64,000 bases of DNA from a bacterium (GTDB lineage Bacteria > DRYD01). The notes beneath the pieces are model-generated. The model had not been told where the DNA came from. It saw nothing but the letters and a program-made list of their open reading frames with translations, and ran no database searches. The DNA is taken from positions 64,001-128,000 of the forward strand of contig JBCNVB010000018.1 in the NCBI GenBank assembly GCA_039630415.1. The letters are read 5' to 3'. Positions 19,958-28,016 of the stretch are shown piece by piece (within the stretch, counting starts at the first letter, position 1; each line of letters starts with the position of its first letter). Position numbers and translations under genes: made by a program.

Positions 19958-21118
19958 TCATACTTTAAAAACCTCCCTCATTAGTAAAATACCTATTAAC
20001 TTTGATACGATCGAGAATAGGATAGTGTAGATTGTAGAAAATGAAATAAGATACCCCATAATTGAGTTACCTATAAGGAAAGAGATTCCCATAAATGTGT
20101 ACAACATTCCCCAGTCTTTAGCCATTGGGTTAAGTAGCTTAGAAAAAGTAGCTTTAATAATGCATCCTTGAAAAGCTATTGATATTCCCCACATTAATAC
20201 TCCTATAAATACTATCCAAATAGAATCAGCTAGGATGAAAAGTGAAGTAAATAGAAAGAAAATCATAGCTGATACACTGCTAATTATCATATTTTTATCA
20301 AACCAAAGTCCAAGTAAAAATGCTCCTATAGCACTTACAAACATAGCCAAGGAATATAGAAGAGGTATGAAAGACAAACTAATTACTTTTTTTTGTTCCC
20401 AATAAAATGAAATTATAGAAAAATCCAAAAACCCTAAACAAATCATACAGCAAGAAAGGATATATATCATCTTTATCTTTTCTAGATTTATTTTTTTTAG
20501 ATTGTCCGATTGTTGACTTTTGGTATTATAAGACCAATTATAATGTAAAAGCTTTCTTTGTGTGATGTAGTATGATAGAATTAAAAGAAGAAACATGCTT
20601 AGAATTGAAGGTATAAAGAGAAACGTAAGGATAGAGGTATAGTTAATCTTGTTGGAAAGTAGAAGAGATACAAAGAGTGGTCCGGTTATAGCTCCAATTT
20701 GGTCTAAAAATTGATGAATTCCAAACATCTTACCAGCCTGTTGAGAAATACCAGACTGTTGAGAAATGATTGATATTATAAAATCTCTAGAGGGTGTTCT
20801 TATAGATTTTCCTAATCTTTCGAGTAAAAATAATGTACTAGCTGTATAGATACTATTAAAGAAAGCTATTAAAGGTATACAAAGTAAAAGATAATATCCT
20901 ATATTCATTGTAGCAAGATATGATTTGAATTTGTCAGCTATGTATCCAGCGGGCAATCTGAAAGAGTAAGATATAAAATAAGCTAATCCTCCTATAAGTC
21001 CAATATAAAAGCTATTAGCTCCCAAGGATGCAAAAAAAGGTCCAGCAAATGATCTAAACGATTCGTACGTAAAATCCGATAGTAAACTTACAAAACCTAA
21101 TATAACTATAACCCACAT
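19958..21118 (-). CDS. MFS transporter
   Basis: About 12 TM helices; GYIADK motif A; ERLGKSIRTPSRD. Confidence 0.9.
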   Translation of the reverse strand: MWVIVILGFVSLLSDFTYESFRSFAGPFFASLGANSFYIGLIGGLAYFISYSFRLPAGYIADKFKSYLATMNIGYYLLLCIPLIAFFNSIYTASTLFLLERLGKSIRTPSRDFIISIISQQSGISQQAGKMFGIHQFLDQIGAITGPLFVSLLLSNKINYTSILTFLFIPSILSMFLLLILSYYITQRKLLHYNWSYNTKSQQSDNLKKINLEKIKMIYILSCCMICLGFLDFSIISFYWEQKKVISLSFIPLLYSLAMFVSAIGAFLLGLWFDKNMIISSVSAMIFFLFTSLFILADSIWIVFIGVLMWGISIAFQGCIIKATFSKLLNPMAKDWGMLYTFMGISFLIGNSIMGYLISFSTIYTILFSIVSKLIGILLMREVFKV

Positions 21119-21232
21119 TTTGATATACTCTCCTCTAGTCGAATTTAACCTATAAAAATCATATCCTTGTTTATGATATGAGAGGATAAATCAATTAAAA
21201 AAATTAAAATCAATATATAGGAGCGATTTGTA

Positions 21233-21967
21233 ATGGATAATATTATAGTTTATGAACTAAAGCCCTTAAAAACAAAACTCAAACTGCTTTATGGGATCAT
21301 AATATCCTTGTTTAGTTTTATTTCTTTTGTCTTTATTCTGTATTACTGGGATATTACGTTATATTTCGGTATAGATGAAGAAATATTGGTAACAATACTC
21401 CTGATAATACTATCTTTGTATGTTGGTGGAGTTATAAAAGATGATTTAGATTATATTTTTGGTAAGGTAATAAAATCACACTTATTAAGAATAATTACTG
21501 GTTCTAAAAACATAAAGGTTTACAGATGGTATGATTTGAGTATAAAGCAGCGTGATTCAATACATACTGAATTTCTTTTATACTTGAAAGAATTGTATGA
21601 TACTTGTTTGGAAAAGAATTCTAAAGAATTTATAAAAAAAGTTATTAACTATTTAGAAGACATAGATATTATTGAAACAAAATCCTTACGAGGTTCGAAT
21701 TATAGGCCCAATTTACCTAAATATGTTGAAGTGATAGCACTTTTTAAGGATTCTTCTAAAGCTTCAATAACTACACTTAAAATAGGTAAAAACGAAAACA
21801 TAGTATTTTTAGTATTAATTCCTCAAGAAAATAAGGATAAGTTAATACAACCCATATATATACGACAAAATTTGGATATTTCTATATTTTCAAATGATGA
21901 ACAAATAAGTAATGCACTGCAAGGTTATAGGGAGATTATATGGAATCTGAGCAAACTAGGTTTCTAA
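21233..21967 (+). CDS. Array family A protein, copy A1 (2 N-terminal TM helices plus soluble domain; unknown function)
   Basis: AGGAG SD; YYWD motif; C-terminal Y..IIWNLSKLGF shared with paralogs. Confidence 0.9.
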   Translation: MDNIIVYELKPLKTKLKLLYGIIISLFSFISFVFILYYWDITLYFGIDEEILVTILLIILSLYVGGVIKDDLDYIFGKVIKSHLLRIITGSKNIKVYRWYDLSIKQRDSIHTEFLLYLKELYDTCLEKNSKEFIKKVINYLEDIDIIETKSLRGSNYRPNLPKYVEVIALFKDSSKASITTLKIGKNENIVFLVLIPQENKDKLIQPIYIRQNLDISIFSNDEQISNALQGYREIIWNLSKLGF

Positions 21968-22689
21968 TAGAATACTACTGTGTATATGCAATAACCCTTA
22001 CTTATGTGATAGTAGTTATATACTATTTGATAAACAAAATCGTGAGAGGAAAGAATATTTTTATAAGTGTAAATTTAAGTGTTTCTCAGTATCAAATGGT
22101 TTTAAACTTTATTGCTCTGATACTTATGCTTCTTACAATATTTATCATAATACCCACCTTTTCGAAACATTTACAAAATAAAATAGAAAAAAAGTACTCG
22201 TATAGTATAAATCAAAAAATATTTAAAAATGGTCTAAAAGCAGAAAACTTGGAAATTGAGAAGTACATACCTTCCAATTCTGATTTTTTCAAATCTTTTC
22301 TACAAAATCAAAATCTATCAATTAATAAAGTAAGAATAGTTGAAGAAAATTCACTTATTATTAACTATCATAAGTCAAAAAGAAAATACAAGATATATTT
22401 GTCAGAGATACGAATTTTAGAGAGAACAGGAAGTTTTTATAGCAAAACTAGATATTATAGACAAATGTTTAGTGGCTTATGCATAGGAGTTCCAAATGAA
22501 GTTTTTAACACCACAAAAATATATAAATTTCCACTTTATAAGTACTACACAACTTCTGATTACTCTATAGTGCTGGTATATTTATCTGAAAGTCCTTTCA
22601 TATTTCCTTTGTTTGAAAAGATTACTGATGAATTAATACAAAATAAATTACAGGAAATACTGAGATTCGTGAACAATTACTTGATGTGA
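21940..22689 (+). CDS. Array family B protein, copy B1 (2 TM helices plus soluble domain; unknown function)
   Basis: Motifs KYIP, LSEI, FSGLCIGVPNE, SPFIFPLFEKI shared with four paralogs. Confidence 0.9.
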   Translation: MESEQTRFLIEYYCVYAITLTYVIVVIYYLINKIVRGKNIFISVNLSVSQYQMVLNFIALILMLLTIFIIIPTFSKHLQNKIEKKYSYSINQKIFKNGLKAENLEIEKYIPSNSDFFKSFLQNQNLSINKVRIVEENSLIINYHKSKRKYKIYLSEIRILERTGSFYSKTRYYRQMFSGLCIGVPNEVFNTTKIYKFPLYKYYTTSDYSIVLVYLSESPFIFPLFEKITDELIQNKLQEILRFVNNYLM

Positions 22690-22704
22690 TTTTTGGAATA
22701 ACAA

Positions 22705-23451
22705 ATGGATGAAATTATATTTTATGAGTTGAAACCTCTAAAATCAAGGCTCAAATTACTTTACGGAATTATAATATTCGTGTTCAGCATTATTTCGTTT
22801 ATCTTTATTTTGTACTATTGGGATATTTATGTTTATTTTAGTATGGATGTAGAATTCTTAGTATCGATGATAACTTCAATACTGTTAATAGTATTATCTG
22901 CGTATATTATTGGACTTATTAAAAGTGATATGGATCATATTTTTGGAAAAATAATAAAATTGCACATATTAAGGATAGTTACTGGTTGTAAAGATGTAAA
23001 AGTGTATAGATGGAAGGATTTAGACTCAAATCAACAACATTCAATAAGCAAAGAACTAATCGAATATCTAGAAAAAGCATATGAATCCATAATAGAAAGA
23101 AAAGTCATAGAATTTTTAATCAAGGTTTTTGAATATTTGCAAAATATAGACACTGCAGAGAATCCATTTGTAAAAGACCAAGAATATTGGCAAAGAATGC
23201 CAAAATATACCGAAGTAATAGAATTATTCAAGGATTCTTTCAGAGTTTTAATAATTACTCTTAACACAAATGAGAATGAAAACATAGTATTTCTAGTATT
23301 GATAAATCAACAAAATAAAAACAAGATAATAGAACCTATATGCATACTACAAAATATGGAAATATCCCTATTTTCAAAGGATGAAGAAATAATTAATGCG
23401 ATACAAGGATATAAACAAATTGTATGGAATTTGAATAGACTTGGTTTTTAA
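22705..23451 (+). CDS. Array family A protein, copy A2
   Basis: Full-length paralog of A1 (YELKPLK, YYWD, PKY.EVI.LFKD, IVWNLNRLGF). Confidence 0.9.
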   Translation: MDEIIFYELKPLKSRLKLLYGIIIFVFSIISFIFILYYWDIYVYFSMDVEFLVSMITSILLIVLSAYIIGLIKSDMDHIFGKIIKLHILRIVTGCKDVKVYRWKDLDSNQQHSISKELIEYLEKAYESIIERKVIEFLIKVFEYLQNIDTAENPFVKDQEYWQRMPKYTEVIELFKDSFRVLIITLNTNENENIVFLVLINQQNKNKIIEPICILQNMEISLFSKDEEIINAIQGYKQIVWNLNRLGF

Positions 23452-23463
23452 TAGAATATTATA
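23424..23463 (+). pseudogene. Relic 5' end of a deleted family B gene
   Basis: Reads M-E-F-E-stop-T-W-F-L-I-E-Y-Y (cf. B1 MESEQTRFLIEYY, B4 MEIERTWFLVECY), then abuts the A3 start. Confidence 0.7.
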
Positions 23464-24203
23464 ATGGATGATATTATAGTTTATGAATTGGAACCTTTAA
23501 AGGCCAAATTCAGATTGCTTTATAGGATTGTGATATTTTTGTTTAGTATTATTTCATTTTTCTTTATTCTCTATTATTGGGATATTACAGTCTATTTTGG
23601 TATGAGCAGGGAAATATGGATAGCAGTAATATTGATAATACTATCACTATGTATTGGTTTAGTTATAAGAGGACATATAGATTATATCTTTAGTAAAATA
23701 ATCAAATTACACATATTAAGAATAGCTACCGGTTGTCAAAATATAAAAGTTTACGAGTGGGAAGATTTAAATATAAACCAACGAGATTCAATACACACCA
23801 AAATTCTTTCACATTTGAAAGAATTCCATGACATATATGTAGAAAAATATTCCAAAGAATTTGTAAAAAAGGTTATTGATTATTTGGAAAATGTACATAC
23901 TAGTGAAAAATATCTTTACAAAGCCCAAATTATAGTCAAAACGAAAGAAAATATATCGAAGTAATAGAACTTTCCAAGGATTCATTCAAAGCTTTAATAA
24001 TTATGCTTGAAATAGACAGTAAAGAAAACATAATATTTCTTGTGATTAGTGAGGAAAACAAGGATAAACTAATACAGCTCATACATATACCCAAAAGCTT
24101 AAAGATTTCAATGTTTTCAAACGATGAACAAATAAGCAATGCATTACAGGGCTATAAGCAGATTGTATGGAGTTTGAATAAACATGGAGTTCGAACAAAC
24201 TAA
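23464..24203 (+). pseudogene. Array family A copy A3, frameshifted (ORF-track pieces 23464-23964 and 24003-24203)
   Basis: Adding one A to the A5 run at 23906-23910 restores EKISLQSPNYSQNERKYIEVIELSKDS..., collinear with A1 and A2. Confidence 0.85.
24167..24200 (+). repeat. 17-nt tandem duplication at the A3/B3 junction
   Basis: atggagtttgaataaac followed by atggagttcgaacaaac (15/17 identical). Confidence 0.8.
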
Positions 24204-24972
24204 GTTTTTGGCAGAATATTACTTTGTTTATGCAATAACTATCGTTTATATATCAATCATTATTTACTATGTTGTTTACTTTGTTTACTATTCGATAAAA
24301 AAAATGGCAAGGAACAAGAATGTTTTGCTAATAAATATTTTGGGTATAAGCCTTAAAATCACACAACCTCAGTTAGCTACAAGCTTTATAACTGCAACAG
24401 TTATGTTTCTTACAATATTCGTCATAATACCAACTTTATCGAAACATGTACAAAATAAAATAGAAAAAAAGTATTCACATATTATAAATGAAAGAATATT
24501 TAAAAGTGGTTTCAGATTTGAAAACCTAGAAGTAGATAAATACATACCTTCAAATGCTAATTTTTTCACCTATTTTCTGCAAAACCAGAATTTATCAGTT
24601 TATAGGATTGAAATAGTTGAAAAAAATTCCTTTGTGATTAACTACCTTAAGTCAAATAAAGAATACAAGATATATTTATCAGAAATACAGATCTTTGAGG
24701 TAAAAAAGAGCAGTTCTATTAGATCTTACCGTATACATTACGAAGAGTTGTTTAGCGGACTGTGCATAGGAATTCCAAACGAAGTTTTTAATACCAGAAA
24801 AATAAATAACTTCTCAGTTTATAATTATTACATTACTTCAGATTATTCTATAGTATTGGTAAACTTTTCTGAAAGTCCCTTTATATTTCCCTTGTTTGAA
24901 AAGATTAGTGATGAGTTGATACAAAAAAAGTTAAGGGAAATATCAAAACTTGTGAATAATTATTTAATGTAG
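24184..24972 (+). CDS. Array family B protein, copy B3
   Basis: Close paralog of B1 (SKHVQNKIEKKYS, FSGLCIGIPNE, SESPFIFPLFEKI). Confidence 0.9.
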   Translation: MEFEQTKFLAEYYFVYAITIVYISIIIYYVVYFVYYSIKKMARNKNVLLINILGISLKITQPQLATSFITATVMFLTIFVIIPTLSKHVQNKIEKKYSHIINERIFKSGFRFENLEVDKYIPSNANFFTYFLQNQNLSVYRIEIVEKNSFVINYLKSNKEYKIYLSEIQIFEVKKSSSIRSYRIHYEELFSGLCIGIPNEVFNTRKINNFSVYNYYITSDYSIVLVNFSESPFIFPLFEKISDELIQKKLREISKLVNNYLM

Positions 24973-24986
24973 ATCTTTTAAAGCGT

Positions 24987-25727
24987 ATGGGTTTCGAGCA
25001 AATTAAATTCATAATGATATATTACTTGGCATGTATACTAACTTTTACAATAGTTACAATTCTAGGTTATTTTATAGCCATACAAAAATATACAGAAGGT
25101 CCCAAATGGATATTGATACCTATTACTGCCATAATTGGAATAATCGCAGCCTATTTTATTGAACCAATATACAGAGATAAGCTACAAAGCAAATATTCAG
25201 ATTCAATAAACCAGATCATATTCAAAAGTAGCATTAGAATTGAAAATTTTGAGATACAAAAGTACATTCCTAATAAATCCGACTTCTTCAAGAGTTTTCT
25301 TGAAAAACAGAAAATATCTCATTATGAGTATAGTGTAAACGAAAATAATTCACTTATAATTAAGTACACAAAACAAAGGGAAAAGTATACTATACTTTTG
25401 TCGGAAATAAAGATTATTGAAGTTAGACCAGTAATTGGAGCTTATAGGACACCTCATAGATACGGTAGAAATCAAGAACAGTATACACGTGAACTTCTTT
25501 TTAGTGGCCTTTGCATCGGTATACCTAGTAAAATATTAAATAAAGAAAGAATGTATCCACACTTATATTTCAGAGCATATGAAAAGCCAGATTATTCAGT
25601 AATACTGTCCTATTATCCTTCTCAAGAAAGTCCGTTTAAATTCTCCTTGTTTGAAAAAATAAACAATCAAATAGTCCAGCAAAAACTACAAGAAATTATA
25701 TCAGTCATAAAAAGATATTTACTATGA
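24987..25727 (+). CDS. Array family B protein, unpaired copy B'
   Basis: KYIP, LSEIKIIE, LFSGLCIGIP, ESPFKFSLFEKI; no A gene directly upstream. Confidence 0.9.
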   Translation: MGFEQIKFIMIYYLACILTFTIVTILGYFIAIQKYTEGPKWILIPITAIIGIIAAYFIEPIYRDKLQSKYSDSINQIIFKSSIRIENFEIQKYIPNKSDFFKSFLEKQKISHYEYSVNENNSLIIKYTKQREKYTILLSEIKIIEVRPVIGAYRTPHRYGRNQEQYTRELLFSGLCIGIPSKILNKERMYPHLYFRAYEKPDYSVILSYYPSQESPFKFSLFEKINNQIVQQKLQEIISVIKRYLL

Positions 25728-25731
25728 GTAT

Positions 25732-26442
25732 ATGAATTTGGAAAGTTTCATAAATTATCAAAAAAAACTCATAAGAATCAAATCAATAATAGGAACTATA
25801 TTTTTAATTCCATTTTTTATAGTTATTACCATTATTATCATACCTTATTTTTGGGACATTGACTACTATACTGACTCTTACAATAACACTTTTCAAAAAA
25901 TGCTGTGTTCATGTTTTACAATATTTTTTCTTTTGCTTCCAACATTATTAGTTATTCTACAGAGCATTCTTGACAGTTATACAAAATTAAAACACTATAT
26001 CCTAGAAAAAACTACAAATGCAAGAGATATACAAATTTTACCTTGGGATAGTTTCAATTCCAAAGATCAAGATCATATTATTAATTCTCTTTGTTTACAC
26101 TTGAATGATTTGAAAAATTCCCTAGATCCAAACCTAAAAAAATACATAGATGCAGTTTTAAATTATATATCCAAGTCTAGAGATATCATACGTAACGAAG
26201 TGATTATAGCACAATCTAAACATTTTCTAAAAGCCATAGTAATTAGTGTAGTTCTAATACAAGAAGAAACAATTTCATTCATACTATTAAGTCCCGATAA
26301 GGATAAAACACATCAAAAACTTGAAATAGTCTATACACCTAACACCACACTTATTCCACTTTTTTATAGTGAGAAAAACATTACAGGTGTTGTAAATCAC
26401 TACAAGGAAATAGCATGGAGATTGAAAGAACTTGGTTTTTAG
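25732..26442 (+). CDS. Array family A protein, copy A4 (subfamily II)
   Basis: YFWD, KLKHYIL...ILPWD, C-terminal YKEIAWRLKELGF. Confidence 0.9.
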   Translation: MNLESFINYQKKLIRIKSIIGTIFLIPFFIVITIIIIPYFWDIDYYTDSYNNTFQKMLCSCFTIFFLLLPTLLVILQSILDSYTKLKHYILEKTTNARDIQILPWDSFNSKDQDHIINSLCLHLNDLKNSLDPNLKKYIDAVLNYISKSRDIIRNEVIIAQSKHFLKAIVISVVLIQEETISFILLSPDKDKTHQKLEIVYTPNTTLIPLFYSEKNITGVVNHYKEIAWRLKELGF

Positions 26443-27185
26443 TAGAGTGTTACTTAATGTGCTTCATAACAACTGTCTTTTTATTTGCAGGTATCTACTC
26501 TTTACTTTTGAGACTTATAGAAGGCTTACCATATCTATCGTACAAGATACCTTTCGAGTCACTATTGAAACCAATATTTTTTAAATATAAATTAATTTTC
26601 AAATTGATATATTTTGCTATATCATTATTTTTGACGTATACTATAACTCCAACATTATTTAAATTTATTGAACACAAAGCAGAGAATAGATACTCTTATT
26701 ACTTATGGAGAAAAACTTTCAAAAACGTACATATAGTTGGAGAAATAGAAATACAGAGATATGAACCTTTCGGAGCTAATCTTTTCAAATATATCCTGAA
26801 AAATCAGAAATTCACGAAAAAAGAATTAATAATATACGAAAGAAATACACTAATGATTTACTACCACAAACAAACAAAAAAATATGCTGTAGCTTTAGCA
26901 GAGATAAAACTAGTTGAATATGAAAAAGTTATAAGAGGAGGTGTTACAAATCAATATCTATTGTTTAATGGATTTGCTTTATTGATTCCAAATGAGATTT
27001 TAAATTATCAGATACCTAATAATTACTCAGTATTTCTTGAGATTAGGAGTTCAAACTACACTGTACTAATGATAAATCATCCTGATAGCCTTTTTAAATT
27101 TGAATTACACCAAAAAGTTGATAATCAAAAAATTCAAAATAGATTAGAAAAAATATTACAGGTAGTTAAAAACTTCTTATTATGA
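26415..27185 (+). CDS. Array family B protein, copy B4 (subfamily II)
   Basis: EIQRYEP, LAEI, LLFNG..IPNE, FKFEL.QKVDNQKIQ.RLEKIL. Confidence 0.9.
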   Translation: MEIERTWFLVECYLMCFITTVFLFAGIYSLLLRLIEGLPYLSYKIPFESLLKPIFFKYKLIFKLIYFAISLFLTYTITPTLFKFIEHKAENRYSYYLWRKTFKNVHIVGEIEIQRYEPFGANLFKYILKNQKFTKKELIIYERNTLMIYYHKQTKKYAVALAEIKLVEYEKVIRGGVTNQYLLFNGFALLIPNEILNYQIPNNYSVFLEIRSSNYTVLMINHPDSLFKFELHQKVDNQKIQNRLEKILQVVKNFLL

Positions 27186-27196
27186 AAAATTTTTCA

Positions 27197-27236
27197 CAGG
27201 AAATATTAGAATTTGTAAGTAATTAATCTAATATAA
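27197..27236 (+). pseudogene. Relic 3' end of a deleted subfamily-I family B gene
   Basis: CAG GAA ATA TTA GAA TTT GTA AGT AAT TA(A)T CTA ATA TAA = QEILEFVSN(Y)LI*, versus B1 end QEILRFVNNYLM*. Confidence 0.7.
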
Positions 27237-27245
27237 CCTATCAAC

Positions 27246-28016
27246 ATGAGTTTAGATAATTTTATAAACTATCAAAAAATGCTTATAAAAATCAAAACAG
27301 TAGTAGGAACTGTATTTTTTATTCCATTTTTTACACTTACTGCTATTACCCTCACAGCCTATTTTTGGGACACTGATTACTATAAAAACCACTATTTTCA
27401 CGAATTTGGAAAAGTAATATGTATATGTAGTACATCACTTCCTTTTTTAGTTTCAATAATACTGTTCATAAAAATTAGCATTCATGAGAATTATACGAAA
27501 TTAAAGTATCATATTTTGAAAGAAATTACAAATACCCAAAATGTACAAATTTTACCTTGGGATGATTTAAATATTGAAGACCAGGTCTCCATCATTAAAA
27601 CTTTTTATCTACATTTAGATGATTTAACAAAGTCTCTAAATCTAAATCCAAAACTAAAAAATTGTGCATATACAGCTTTACGTTATTTGTCAAGGTGTAT
27701 ACCAGATAAGGATCTTGACATACCAATACAAACAGAATCATTTGTAAAAGAGCCTATTAGTATAAATGATGTAGTTCTGGTGCAAGTAATCAAAGATTTT
27801 CTAAAAGCTATAGCAATCAATGCTACTCTGAATACAAAGGAAACAATTTCATTCATATTATTAAATCCAGACATGGACAGAACATATCAAAAACTTGAAA
27901 TAGTGTATACACCCAATTCTACACCTAGTCCATTTTTCTACAATGAGGTATTCATTGATGGTATAGTAAATCACTATAAGGAAATAGCATGGATACTGAA
28001 AAAATTTGGTTTTTAG
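27246..28016 (+). CDS. Array family A protein, copy A5 (subfamily II)
   Basis: Close paralog of A4 with an internal insertion; ends YKEIAWILKKFGF. Confidence 0.9.
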   Translation: MSLDNFINYQKMLIKIKTVVGTVFFIPFFTLTAITLTAYFWDTDYYKNHYFHEFGKVICICSTSLPFLVSIILFIKISIHENYTKLKYHILKEITNTQNVQILPWDDLNIEDQVSIIKTFYLHLDDLTKSLNLNPKLKNCAYTALRYLSRCIPDKDLDIPIQTESFVKEPISINDVVLVQVIKDFLKAIAINATLNTKETISFILLNPDMDRTYQKLEIVYTPNSTPSPFFYNEVFIDGIVNHYKEIAWILKKFGF

